In this document: in pieces, positions 25,211-34,285 of the stretch
How positions within the stretch are numbered: the first letter of the stretch is position 1
How the letters are laid out: each line of letters starts with the position of its first letter
IMG/VR virus record: IMGVR_UViG_3300032329_000227
Span: 1 to 35,098 of that record
Length of the DNA: 35,098 nt
Origin: a virus
Lineage: Duplodnaviria > Caudoviricetes
Strand: one strand, 5' to 3'
The notes under the pieces: generated by a model
Database searches by the model: none
Told to the model about the DNA's origin: nothing
What the model saw: only the letters and a program-made list of their open reading frames with translations
Translations under genes and position numbers: made by a program

Positions 25211-27665
25211 GTTTGTTGTTATTTTGACGATTTCGTCTTGTTTCAATAGAATAGCCAAAGAGATCACTGGCAACTTGAATGCCTTTTTTAAATCTTAATT
25301 GGGTATAGTCTTTCTTATCAAGATCGTTTGTGTTTAAAAATGATGTGTACTCAATCCCAAACTCCATCCACTTGTCACCTTCTAAGCTATCGTAGTAGTC
25401 TAAAAAATCTTCGCCAAAGTTAAGCTTGACATTCTTACGAATAATGGTGCCACTATTGTCTAGTGCTGGGATGCCGGCCTCAAGGTATATCTGGACGCAC
25501 TCGATCATGTAATTGTAGAAACGATTCCACTCATCATTATCCCAGTCATTAAATAATGCCTTGCCTCCAAAGAAATCAAGCGGCGTGTTTTTATGATTAA
25601 AGAAACTGCTAAACTCGATCACCTTAACTCTTCGCTTGCCATGACCACCAGAGTAGTTGATGGTGTAGTTGGTAGTAAATCCAAACTTCGGTGAGTCCTC
25701 GTATGAAATGTACACCTCGTCTTTGTTTTTCTTTTCTATTGTCACACCTTCTGTGATCTTAGAGTAGAAACCTTCAAAGTCTACATTCTTACGGCAATCC
25801 TCAATGACAATCAACTGCGTGCTTAATTCTACACGTTGGAATGCAAAAGACTTGTCCAGCTTAAAGTTTTTGCCATCGATAGATACCAGATTGATCAGTT
25901 TGCCGATAGCTTTAAAGAATAAACCTTTGCCGGCACCACCACCTTGTGCCTCATCTTCTGTCTCTTCTGCTAGGATCACTGCATAAGATTTGGTAGGATC
26001 TTTGTAAGTATGCAAAAGATAGCCGATCAATGAAATGGCATAAGCCTCTCGATCTTTATCCGAATTGCTGATCTTATTTATAAATTTAGTGTACTGCACA
26101 TTTTCATAGTCAATGTCATGATCAATGTCAATCTTGTACTGGATCACTTGATCGCGCCACACATGCATATTGATCGCGCCATACTTAAGCAATTCCTTTT
26201 TATCTTTTGTGACATGCACCACACCATTAAGGAATGGATAGTACGCAGAGTCTTTGGTATGCTTAAGAAACTTTAACTCTATGTTAGGCATAAACTCAAA
26301 AAGGGCCTTATTAAAATAAGCATCTGCGCCTTTGTAGATCACTTCACGCAATCGCATCTTATTGATGCCGTCAAAGTTATCATAAGGGATTGCGTCAATG
26401 TAGTTGATCAAATACTTTTTGATTTGCTCGATGTTCGTCTCACTGACAAAATTATCTACTACGCGCACCAGTTGATAATTTAGCTTTTTATCATAATAGT
26501 AAAGATAAAAGCCTCCTTCGCTAGATAATAGACTGATCAGTTTATATCTGTCAATTGTGATCTGGCCTTTTGTTACTGACCAGAATGTCAAAAGCTGCGT
26601 GTCATTATCCGAGTCCATGTCTTGCACTAACTTTTTAGCTTGCTTGATGTCAAGCTTATGCTTTTGTGATAAGTACGCAGCGATGTTCTCATTGTCAATG
26701 CCTTCATCTTTTTTGTTGACAAAGTCTTTTTTAATATTACCACCGATCCTATTGCGTTGCTCACCATATCCATCCTTCACCAGTTGCTTGGCAGCTTCGC
26801 TAAAATTACCATTATGCTCTAGTGTCGCATAGATAGCAAATGGCTTATATCCTTTACCGGTGTCAAACTCAGTGCTTGTGCTAAATACTTTAAATAGTCC
26901 AAGACCTTTGTGGTAATCAGCAGAGATGTGCGAGTCAGTTTTGCCCGGCCTTTTAAGAAAGTCACGCTCACCACTTGAGTATATGTAAGTCCAGCCGTGC
27001 GCCTCAAGTAATGCTACCACATCGCATTTGCTATTGTAGTCATCCCACGGCGTTGTCTGGTAAGTGTCCGAGTCAGCAACAACTTGTGTGCGTACCTCTT
27101 TGACTACTTCATTAAATGATCTGCAAATAGATAAGATGGAATCTCTTTGCTCAAGTGTGATGACATTGATCACAAAGTCTTTCTCTTTTGTGTAGCCTTC
27201 GGATGGCGGCGCTAACACATACCCACCTTCACCGCGCGTCTCAATTAAAACGATCTCTTTTGCATGTGGGGTTTCTTTTAATTCATCTTTTGTTGCGTTA
27301 CGCATGGCAAGCTTTTGATTACCTTGCACCTCTTCGCATCGGTAGTACAAATGATACCCACCAGACTTTGTACGCACTACATAAAGTAGTGGCATAAGAT
27401 CGGCCAGTGCATCTTGTAAGCGTGTCCAAAGTGTGCCACTGACATCATACTTAAGATCCACATCTATAATCTCAAGTCCGCCAGATACACCACCACCTAT
27501 AATCGCAATGTTCTTGCAACGATCATTTGTGAACTGGTGCTGCATTGTTACATCATTCATTATCTGTGATTGGAATTCGGTCCAAGGGAAAACCGCGCGC
27601 TTATTTTCTCCGATTGGTATGACGGAGAATCCTTGCTTTGCATAGTAGTTGGCTGCTTTAATCAT
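25170..27665 (-). CDS. Bifunctional primase-polymerase (Prim-Pol) fused to SF3-like helicase
   Basis: Y...GFSVIP, IIDVD, TKSGGYHLY and GGYVLAPPS Prim-Pol motifs; Walker A GGAGKG, IED, FTTN. Confidence 0.85.
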   Translation of the reverse strand: MIKAANYYAKQGFSVIPIGENKRAVFPWTEFQSQIMNDVTMQHQFTNDRCKNIAIIGGGVSGGLEIIDVDLKYDVSGTLWTRLQDALADLMPLLYVVRTKSGGYHLYYRCEEVQGNQKLAMRNATKDELKETPHAKEIVLIETRGEGGYVLAPPSEGYTKEKDFVINVITLEQRDSILSICRSFNEVVKEVRTQVVADSDTYQTTPWDDYNSKCDVVALLEAHGWTYIYSSGERDFLKRPGKTDSHISADYHKGLGLFKVFSTSTEFDTGKGYKPFAIYATLEHNGNFSEAAKQLVKDGYGEQRNRIGGNIKKDFVNKKDEGIDNENIAAYLSQKHKLDIKQAKKLVQDMDSDNDTQLLTFWSVTKGQITIDRYKLISLLSSEGGFYLYYYDKKLNYQLVRVVDNFVSETNIEQIKKYLINYIDAIPYDNFDGINKMRLREVIYKGADAYFNKALFEFMPNIELKFLKHTKDSAYYPFLNGVVHVTKDKKELLKYGAINMHVWRDQVIQYKIDIDHDIDYENVQYTKFINKISNSDKDREAYAISLIGYLLHTYKDPTKSYAVILAEETEDEAQGGGAGKGLFFKAIGKLINLVSIDGKNFKLDKSFAFQRVELSTQLIVIEDCRKNVDFEGFYSKITEGVTIEKKNKDEVYISYEDSPKFGFTTNYTINYSGGHGKRRVKVIEFSSFFNHKNTPLDFFGGKALFNDWDNDEWNRFYNYMIECVQIYLEAGIPALDNSGTIIRKNVKLNFGEDFLDYYDSLEGDKWMEFGIEYTSFLNTNDLDKKDYTQLRFKKGIQVASDLFGYSIETRRNRQNNNKHEFKILSKSDSSI

Positions 27666-27916
27666 TGGTTAATTTCTTGCATTTTATAAATTGTTCGTAC
27701 TTCAAATCCAAGTTCTTGTAGTTGCTCATGTCTGTATTTTTGCAATTCGGATAGTCGGCCTTTCTCTGCTTTACATTCTATAAAGAAAGTCTTGCCGTCT
27801 TTCAGCAACATAAGATCCGGCATGCCGTTCTTATTGCACTGGATAATCTTAACTACATACCATCCGAGTAACTCAAAGTGCCGGATCACTTTGCTTTGTA
27901 GAATAGACTCTTTCAA
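27662..27916 (-). CDS. VRR-NUC domain nuclease
   Basis: E..LQ...GMPDL...FIECK...GRLSELQ. Confidence 0.85.
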   Translation of the reverse strand: MKESILQSKVIRHFELLGWYVVKIIQCNKNGMPDLMLLKDGKTFFIECKAEKGRLSELQKYRHEQLQELGFEVRTIYKMQEINQ

Positions 27917-28031
27917 TTTCTTTAACTTGTTTTTTAGCTTGATTAAAAAATTTACCTTTTACCATAATAGTAAGTGGCTTTTTCTTTTCCTTTTCGGATA
28001 GCGGCTTGCGGCCTCTGGTTTCTTTTTTCAT
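27873..28031 (-). CDS. 52-aa basic DNA-binding-like protein (not in ORF track)
   Basis: MKKETRGRKPLSEKEKKKPLTIMVK...; AT-hook-like RGRKP; starts 1 nt after the upstream stop. Confidence 0.6.
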   Translation of the reverse strand: MKKETRGRKPLSEKEKKKPLTIMVKGKFFNQAKKQVKEIERVYSTKQSDPAL

Positions 28032-28032
28032 A

Positions 28033-28332
28033 TTAGATTGAATTGTTTAAAATTTTAATTAATTGTCCTAAAACATCATTATTTGACTCTAGTTTTTTTA
28101 AAAATACATCTCTATCTTTTAAAAGCACACCAGTCAATTGCCCATCTAAACTAATTGATATTTTAGTATCGACACTTAGTTCACTAGTTAATCTTGCAAT
28201 AGGATTAATTAATTCATTTAAAAGAATTGCTTGATTTTCTAATAAATTAATAGCATAATTGTTTTGTAAAGCAGTAGTTGAACTATTATCAACATATGGC
28301 TCAACACAAACTTTTTCTTCTTGAATTTTCAT
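28033..28332 (-). CDS. AT-rich hypothetical protein
   Basis: Start MKIQEE at 28332 downstream of a -7 element. Confidence 0.5.
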   Translation of the reverse strand: MKIQEEKVCVEPYVDNSSTTALQNNYAINLLENQAILLNELINPIARLTSELSVDTKISISLDGQLTGVLLKDRDVFLKKLESNNDVLGQLIKILNNSI

Positions 28333-28355
28333 TTTATATATTTTTTGATGAGCCA

Positions 28356-28418
28356 CAAAACTAAATAAAAAATAATTAATAAAAAAGTTTTTTTATTTAA
28401 AATAAATACTTAGCTTTG
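28356..28418. promoter_or_regulatory. Divergent Bacteroidota sigmaA promoters
   Basis: TAGTTTTG on minus (28356-28363) and TAGCTTTG on plus (28411-28418) at the strand switch. Confidence 0.65.
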
Positions 28419-28451
28419 TCCTCGTAGTCAAAACAAACTACATTTTATATT

Positions 28452-29048
28452 ATGGCTTTATCAAATTTAGGAGGTGTTAACACAACTTACCTCAGTGTTG
28501 CAGACGGCAACTTAGTACGCCAACACAAACAAGCAAACGATCGCACATCGGAGCGATTAACAAAAACCGGCAAGCTAGTCTTTGAAGAGCGTTTCAAAGA
28601 TTTGACTGCAAAGTTAGATGGTATTGCTACCAGAGAGAATGACTATGGTAAGCAGTGGCAGATCAAGTTTCAAGATAAAGGTGACTTTTACATTGTCAGC
28701 TTGCCTTACTCAAGCCGCTACGCTTCTAGCTTTCTTAAGGTATTGCCAAACATTGATCTTAGTAAAGAGATCCGCTTTATGCCTTGGGCAATGAAAGACA
28801 AGAACGATCCTACAAAGACGATCACTGGTATCACCATGTATCAAGATGGCGAAAAGCTTGCACCTTACTACACTAAAGAGGATCCAAAAGGATTGCCTCA
28901 AATGGTGAAGATTAAAGTTAAAGGCAAAGAGCAGTGGGATGATTCCGACATGATGTCTTATCTTGAAGATATGGCCTTGAATTTATTTGAGCAAGATCAC
29001 AAAGATTTATCAACCGCATCACATGATGATGACGAAACACCTTTTTAG
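28452..29048 (+). CDS. Single-stranded DNA-binding protein (putative)
   Basis: Acidic tail ending DDDETPF; beta-rich core; first gene of the nuclease operon. Confidence 0.55.
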   Translation: MALSNLGGVNTTYLSVADGNLVRQHKQANDRTSERLTKTGKLVFEERFKDLTAKLDGIATRENDYGKQWQIKFQDKGDFYIVSLPYSSRYASSFLKVLPNIDLSKEIRFMPWAMKDKNDPTKTITGITMYQDGEKLAPYYTKEDPKGLPQMVKIKVKGKEQWDDSDMMSYLEDMALNLFEQDHKDLSTASHDDDETPF

Positions 29049-29071
29049 TTGGTGATTATTGGTTAGCGGTT

Positions 29072-29103
29072 TGCAGCTTCCGTACAAAAAGCTGCACTTT
29101 TTT
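29072..29103 (+). terminator. Rho-independent terminator
   Basis: tgcagctt-ccgtacaaa-aagctgca followed by ctttttt. Confidence 0.65.
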
Positions 29104-29122
29104 AAACCAATAAATATTTTAT

Positions 29123-29314
29123 ATGCCCATAGTAAAAATCACCAGTGAAACAAATTTATTGCATAATGAGACGCGATACTTTATTCGTATTGACGGCAAA
29201 TTTATACAAGGATTTGATACTTTAGAAAAAGCCGAAGAGGTAGCAAATCAAATTGCTGCAAATGGCGGCAAAGAAAAAACCGATGAGATCACCATTAAAG
29301 AAATTATATGTTAA
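29123..29314 (+). CDS. Hypothetical protein
   Basis: 63 aa with AT-rich leader; overlaps the next gene. Confidence 0.6.
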   Translation: MPIVKITSETNLLHNETRYFIRIDGKFIQGFDTLEKAEEVANQIAANGGKEKTDEITIKEIIC

Positions 29315-30057
29315 TAAAAAACCAAACAAGCAACCAGCTAACATTTAAAGATGGCCGATTCTACACAGATGAGAACGGAAACTATTTCCCTAGTGCCACA
29401 ACTTTGCTTGAGGCATACCCAAAGCCAGCATCTTTGATCATGTGGATGAAAGAGGTTGGCAGCAAAGCAGATGAAATTAGAGATGCAGCCGGCAAGCGCG
29501 GATCAAGTGTACACCAGTTGACAGAGGACTATGATAATGGCATTGAATGTACTTTGCTTGATGAATATGGCAAGCCTAGATACTCACTGGACGAGTGGTC
29601 AATGTTTGAGCGTTATGTTGAATTCACAAAGAATCACCAGCCAGAGCATCATTTAATAGAGCAAACCTTTATAAGCAGTGGCCTTGGATTTGCTGGCACT
29701 ATTGATCGCGTCTGCACAATAGATGGCAAGACTTATGTGCTAGACATCAAGACAAGTAACGGGATTTACAATTCATACTGGTTGCAGTTGGCAGCGTATC
29801 GCCAATTGTACAATGCAAGCGTACTGCATGGATCTAACATGCCAGACATTGACGGCGTAGCTATTTTATGGCTAAATGCAAAGACTAGGACAAACGGCAA
29901 AAAAGGCGATGTACAAGGCAAAGGATGGCAGATGGTCAGCGAATTTGACACCTCAAAGCAGTGGTCATTATTTCAAGCCGTCCAGCAATTATGGCACGCT
30001 GAGCATGAAGATGACAAGCCTAAAGAATTTAGTTATCAACTTTCTCATAAAAAGTAA
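29308..30057 (+). CDS. PD-(D/E)XK exonuclease (Cas4/RecB-like)
   Basis: PSATT.L, RGS.VH, AGTIDR, LDIKTS, QLAAY. Confidence 0.85.
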   Translation: MLIKNQTSNQLTFKDGRFYTDENGNYFPSATTLLEAYPKPASLIMWMKEVGSKADEIRDAAGKRGSSVHQLTEDYDNGIECTLLDEYGKPRYSLDEWSMFERYVEFTKNHQPEHHLIEQTFISSGLGFAGTIDRVCTIDGKTYVLDIKTSNGIYNSYWLQLAAYRQLYNASVLHGSNMPDIDGVAILWLNAKTRTNGKKGDVQGKGWQMVSEFDTSKQWSLFQAVQQLWHAEHEDDKPKEFSYQLSHKK

Positions 30058-30070
30058 TTAACTTTACCTC

Positions 30071-30802
30071 ATGACTACCAAAAGAAAACGATTATACTTT
30101 GACATTGAAACCAGTGCAAACATCGGTTTTTTTTGGCAGAGTGGGTATAAACTTAACATCGGGCCGCAAAATATTATCAAAGAGCGTGCGATCATTTGCA
30201 TTTGCTATAAGTGGGAGGATGAGAAAGAGACACACGCTTTGACATGGGATAGCAAGCAGAATGATAAAAAGATGCTAATTGATTTTATCAAAGTGCTTAA
30301 CACGGCAGATGAGATTATTGGACACAATGGTGACAAGTTTGATCTTGCATGGGTGCGCACTAGATGTTTATTTCATAGCATTGACATGTTTCCTAAGTAC
30401 ACAACGATTGATACTTTAAAAGTTGCACGTTCAAAGTTCAAATTCAATAGCAATAAATTGAATTACATTGCTCAGTATTTAGGGATCGGACAAAAGATTA
30501 AAACTGAATTTGATCTTTGGAAAGACATCGCACTAAAAAACGACAAGGTTGCACTTGCTAAGATGGTGAAATATTGCAAGATGGATGTGGTGTTACTTGA
30601 GAAAGTACACAAGCTTTTAAATAATCACATAGATGCAAAGACGCATTATGGCGTTGTGTTTGGTGAGTATAAAGGCACATGTCCAGAGTGTGGATCGGAT
30701 GAACTGGTTAAACATAGCAGACAGATTCTAGCTAGTGGCACAATTAAAATAATTTATAAATGCAATACTTGTGGAAAATATCACAGAAAAACCGACAAAT
30801 AA
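30071..30802 (+). CDS. RNase H-like (DEDD) 3'-5' exonuclease with C-terminal zinc ribbon
   Basis: FDIET, HNG.KFD, YC..DV, CPECG...CNTCG. Confidence 0.85.
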   Translation: MTTKRKRLYFDIETSANIGFFWQSGYKLNIGPQNIIKERAIICICYKWEDEKETHALTWDSKQNDKKMLIDFIKVLNTADEIIGHNGDKFDLAWVRTRCLFHSIDMFPKYTTIDTLKVARSKFKFNSNKLNYIAQYLGIGQKIKTEFDLWKDIALKNDKVALAKMVKYCKMDVVLLEKVHKLLNNHIDAKTHYGVVFGEYKGTCPECGSDELVKHSRQILASGTIKIIYKCNTCGKYHRKTDK

Positions 30803-31007
30803 TCAAGTAGGCGGATCGCATTACAAAGATTGCAAGATCCAGCCAACAGAATTTATCCATGCAAACAATATACCTTTTATTGAGGGCAACATTATCAAGT
30901 ATGTGATAAGACATCGCAACAAGAATGGCATTGAAGATTTAAAAAAAGCAAAGCATTATATTGATCTTTTAATACAATTAGAATATGAGACTCCCAAAAG
31001 CATTTAA
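30771..31007 (+). CDS. DUF3310 protein (putative nucleotide kinase)
   Basis: QVGGSHY...IQP...GNIIKY..R...KNG.EDLKKA.HY. Confidence 0.85.
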   Translation: MENITEKPTNNQVGGSHYKDCKIQPTEFIHANNIPFIEGNIIKYVIRHRNKNGIEDLKKAKHYIDLLIQLEYETPKSI

Positions 31008-31182
31008 CAAGATGAAATTATCCGAGCAAGAGGCATGGCTTACTAATAAGCTAGCAGAGGTGCATGATATTGAAATACAAATAAGACGCTATCTTGCAAA
31101 GGTACGCGGAGGGCAAGTTATTTTCACACCTAGTGATGACATAGATCGTCTGGACGAAATAGAATTAAAGAAAGATGCTTAG
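30985..31182 (+). CDS. Hypothetical protein
   Basis: 65 aa overlapping both neighbours. Confidence 0.55.
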   Translation: MRLPKAFNKMKLSEQEAWLTNKLAEVHDIEIQIRRYLAKVRGGQVIFTPSDDIDRLDEIELKKDA

Positions 31183-31609
31183 AGCAAAGAAAATATTTAG
31201 CTTTGGAAATGTTATAAATGAAGATTTATACCAGCGTGTGCAAGTCATGGACTTTAATATCTTCGCTGGTTGTAACAATGAATTTCATAATAACAGAGAA
31301 TGGTGGGTATTTCTAGATGATAGAGGCCAGATCGGTGCTTATTGCGGATCTATTTATTCAAACAATATTTGCATATTTATCCGAGCATGGGTTAAGAAAC
31401 AATATAGAGGTAAAGGTTTGCAAAAGAAACTGATCAAAACAAGGCTCACGTCAGCTAAATTTCACAACTGCCACACTGCGATCACATACACAACAAAAGA
31501 CAATTACCCTAGCGCCAACAATATCATCTCGCAAGGGTTTAAATTATATTTTCCAGAGTACGCATATGGAGGCAAAGAGATGTTGTACTGGTCTAAACGC
31601 ATTGCATAG
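31175..31609 (+). CDS. GNAT family acetyltransferase
   Basis: V...YRGKGLQ acetyl-CoA motif A and N.PS...GF. Confidence 0.85.
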   Translation: MLRAKKIFSFGNVINEDLYQRVQVMDFNIFAGCNNEFHNNREWWVFLDDRGQIGAYCGSIYSNNICIFIRAWVKKQYRGKGLQKKLIKTRLTSAKFHNCHTAITYTTKDNYPSANNIISQGFKLYFPEYAYGGKEMLYWSKRIA

Positions 31610-31638
31610 CCTTTGAGCAATTAAATATGATTAGGCAA

Positions 31639-31850
31639 AAGGCCGGCAAAAATAACAATCAAAAAAAAATTGATAGTAATTACGGGATTGCCGGCCTTAT
31701 ATTTTGTCACAAATATTTTAAAAATTGTGACATAATTTGCATGAAATTTTCTAATAATTCATGCAGATAATTGTAAGAACACTACATTTATTTATACGAT
31801 AATGTGTCATAAAACGCACTTTTTGACACATATTTGCCCCATATAAGTCA
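31639..31850. repeat. GC hairpin followed by an array of distinct 28-bp palindromes
   Basis: aaggccggcaa/ttgccggcctt (31639-31698); palindromes at 31705-31732, 31738-31765 and 31803-31830; overlapping weaker one at 31824-31850. Confidence 0.75.
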
Positions 31851-31866
31851 CATTGAAATATATACC

Positions 31867-33093
31867 ATGCAACTAAGAGACTACCAAGTAGATATTGCTG
31901 AGCAAGCAATTAACATCTTAAAAGAATTTAAGCTAGTGTATCTTGCTATGCAAGTGCGCACTGGTAAGACAATCACCAGCTTGCACATTGCTAGCTTATA
32001 TGGTGCAAACAAAGTTTTATTTGTAACTAAAAAGAAAGCAATCTCAAGTATTCAAGATGATTTTAATAATTCAAATCTTGACTACATTTTCATAGTAACT
32101 AATTATGAATCTTTACAAAATTATCATGCAGATTATGATTTTATCATAATAGATGAGGCCCATGCTTTAGGACAATATCCTCAGCCTAGCATGAGGACTC
32201 AAAATTTAAAAAAAATATGTGAAGGAAAACCAATAGTGTATTTAAGCGGCACACCTAGTCCAGAGACTTATGCCCAATTTTATCATCAATTCTGGGTGAG
32301 TAGTTTTAGTCCATTCAAAGAGTACAAAAACTTTTATGCATGGCATAAAGAATTTGGCATACCGGCTAAAAAATATGTTTATAACAGAGAATTGGCAGAT
32401 TATAGTAAAGTAAAGCAAGAGCGCATCCAAAGTGACATTCAGCATTTAATGTTGACTTATACGCAAGAAGAGGCTGGCTTTGAGTCTTTAGTTCAAGAGA
32501 CAATCTTATATGTAAAGATGAGTGATAAGGTTAAGTGGGCCGTTGACAAGATAAAAAAAGACAAATTATTTAAGACCAAAGATGGGCAAGTTGTGCTGGC
32601 AGATACGGCAGTCAAAGAAATGCAAAAGATCCATCAAATTTGTAGCGGATCAGTCAAGACAGAGGATGGCAATGCGATCATGTTTGATGACACAAAAGCT
32701 ACATTTATAAAAGAGCGATTTAAAGGCCAAAAGATAGCTATTTTTTACAAATACATAGCAGAGGGCATGCAGTTAAGATACACCTTTGCTGGCCGTATTA
32801 TAGAGGATCCAATGGCTTTTAATGAGGCATCTGGTGACGCAGTCTTTATTTCCCAGATCCAGTCGGGCCGTGAAGGCATAAATCTAAGCAGCGCAGATGC
32901 GCTTGTCATGTACAATATTGATTTTAGCGCAGTTAGTTATTGGCAATCTAGGGCCAGAATGCAGACAAAAGACCGAAAAACTGCCTCACATGTGTATTGG
33001 ATATTCACCACCGGCGGCATCGAAGATCGCATTTTTGGGATGGTGCAGAACAAAAAAGACTTTACTTTGAGTCATTTTAAGAAAATATTTTAG
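31867..33093 (+). CDS. SF2 (SNF2/DEAH-like) helicase
   Basis: LRDYQ Q-motif, RTGKT, IIDEAH, LSGTP, EGINL, Q..AR; start MQLRDY at 31867. Confidence 0.85.
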   Translation: MQLRDYQVDIAEQAINILKEFKLVYLAMQVRTGKTITSLHIASLYGANKVLFVTKKKAISSIQDDFNNSNLDYIFIVTNYESLQNYHADYDFIIIDEAHALGQYPQPSMRTQNLKKICEGKPIVYLSGTPSPETYAQFYHQFWVSSFSPFKEYKNFYAWHKEFGIPAKKYVYNRELADYSKVKQERIQSDIQHLMLTYTQEEAGFESLVQETILYVKMSDKVKWAVDKIKKDKLFKTKDGQVVLADTAVKEMQKIHQICSGSVKTEDGNAIMFDDTKATFIKERFKGQKIAIFYKYIAEGMQLRYTFAGRIIEDPMAFNEASGDAVFISQIQSGREGINLSSADALVMYNIDFSAVSYWQSRARMQTKDRKTASHVYWIFTTGGIEDRIFGMVQNKKDFTLSHFKKIF

Positions 33094-33175
33094 GTTGTAA
33101 GTGATTGAAAATCAATTACTTTAAATTAATTTAAAAAAATTTATTAAAAATATTTTTTTATTAATGATAAAAGTA

Positions 33176-33183
33176 TATCTTTG
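33176..33183 (+). promoter_or_regulatory. Bacteroidota -7 element (TATCTTTG), early promoter
   Basis: TAnnTTTG in an AT-rich gap about 22 nt before ATG 33206. Confidence 0.6.
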
Positions 33184-33205
33184 ATTTATCAAAAACGAAA
33201 TAATC

Positions 33206-33442
33206 ATGATGACAACATTATCAACTAAAATCAAAATCGGATTCAAATTTCAAGTAATGGCTGAAAACTTCACAAAGTTAGTTTGTAATAGAAACCGCTT
33301 TGTAGACATTACTTTAGTGAATGATCTTTACAATGTTAAAGCTTACACTTTACGCGGAGTAAATGAAATCAAAGTTGTAGAATTAAACGGAGTATTTGTT
33401 GAGAATTTACAATCCGCAATTGTTACAACATACCAATCATAA
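33206..33442 (+). CDS. Hypothetical early protein
   Basis: 78 aa directly after the promoter. Confidence 0.65.
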   Translation: MMTTLSTKIKIGFKFQVMAENFTKLVCNRNRFVDITLVNDLYNVKAYTLRGVNEIKVVELNGVFVENLQSAIVTTYQS

Positions 33443-33506
33443 AAAAAATAACTGCTAGTGGGGTGCGACACTTAAAACGCACATATTTTTAACCAATAAT
33501 TTAATC

Positions 33507-33635
33507 ATGAACAAATTGAAATCATCTCAGCAAAAAGCAAATGAGCGCTACGCTCAAGAATCAATCAAGCCAGTGTATGCATTTATCATTGTATGCGTTG
33601 CTTTTTTAATCACCGCTATATTGCAAAACTTATGA
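33507..33635 (+). CDS. 42-aa single-TM peptide (not in ORF track)
   Basis: MNKLKSSQQKANERYAQESIKPVYAFIIVCVAFLITAILQNL; ATGA overlap with the next ORF. Confidence 0.6.
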   Translation: MNKLKSSQQKANERYAQESIKPVYAFIIVCVAFLITAILQNL

Positions 33636-33748
33636 GATCACATTTAATCTTTTTGTATGAATTGACATTTTTTATTTTAGTGTCACTTCCTCTAGCAATT
33701 ACATTATTTTTAATTGCAACTATTATTTCAAAATTAAAAAATTTTTAA
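33632..33748 (+). CDS. 38-aa hydrophobic peptide (not in ORF track)
   Basis: MRSHLIFLYELTFFILVSLPLAITLFLIATIISKLKNF; ends 2 nt before the next ATG. Confidence 0.55.
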   Translation: MRSHLIFLYELTFFILVSLPLAITLFLIATIISKLKNF

Positions 33749-33750
33749 TC

Positions 33751-33933
33751 ATGGCAAATCACCAACAATGGCAAGACCTTACGATCATAGAAAAAATTGA
33801 TCTAGTAGGTAAGCTTACACATTTATTGCAAAACGATGTAGATAGTTTTAACGCTTTTAAAAGCTGGGTAGGAGCAAGTGAATTGCTTGGATTGTTTAAT
33901 GAGGTAAAAATCAACAATGAAGGAAATTCTTAA
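33751..33933 (+). CDS. Hypothetical protein
   Basis: 60 aa, tightly packed in the operon. Confidence 0.55.
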   Translation: MANHQQWQDLTIIEKIDLVGKLTHLLQNDVDSFNAFKSWVGASELLGLFNEVKINNEGNS

Positions 33934-34285
33934 ATATATTAAATTGTACACTGGATGCAATGAGCATACCTTAAAGCGTATTGAGGCAATGCTTGAGCCT
34001 AGATTGAATATGGTGCCGCAAGTAATTGAAAAGATAGTGCATGTAGAAAAATATGTCAAGCGCAAGCCAAGACCTAAAACACCGCTTTTAGAATGGAGTG
34101 CAAAATACTGCGAGGAAAATAACATCACATTTGAATATGTAGTACAAGCGCGCAGACTGCAAGAAATTGTTGACACACGCGATGCTTATATAAAGCAAGC
34201 ATACTTTGAGGGTTATTCACCTAGTGAAATCGCAAGGCATTTAAAAAGGAATCATGCAACGATCCTACACACTATAAGTAAATAG
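33917..34285 (+). CDS. HTH protein with DnaA C-terminal (domain IV)-like motif
   Basis: R..EIV..R...S.SEIAR.L.RNHATILH. Confidence 0.7.
   Translation: MKEILKYIKLYTGCNEHTLKRIEAMLEPRLNMVPQVIEKIVHVEKYVKRKPRPKTPLLEWSAKYCEENNITFEYVVQARRLQEIVDTRDAYIKQAYFEGYSPSEIARHLKRNHATILHTISK

Noticed and set aside
2313-28234. Plus-strand ORFs in the track within the minus-strand region (e.g. 9948..10478, 16715..17074, 12617..12883)
   Set aside because: Antisense shadows of well-supported genes with no recognisable motifs
29308-30057. Cas4 as part of a CRISPR system
   Set aside because: No Fe-S Cys cluster, array or other cas genes; ordinary phage exonuclease context
31610-31866. tRNA in the largest intergenic gap
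   Set aside because: No cloverleaf, T-loop GTTC motif or CCA context found
28710-34176. Minus-strand ORFs 28710..28901, 29766..29951, 32242..32445 and 33823..34176
   Set aside because: Antisense to supported plus-strand genes
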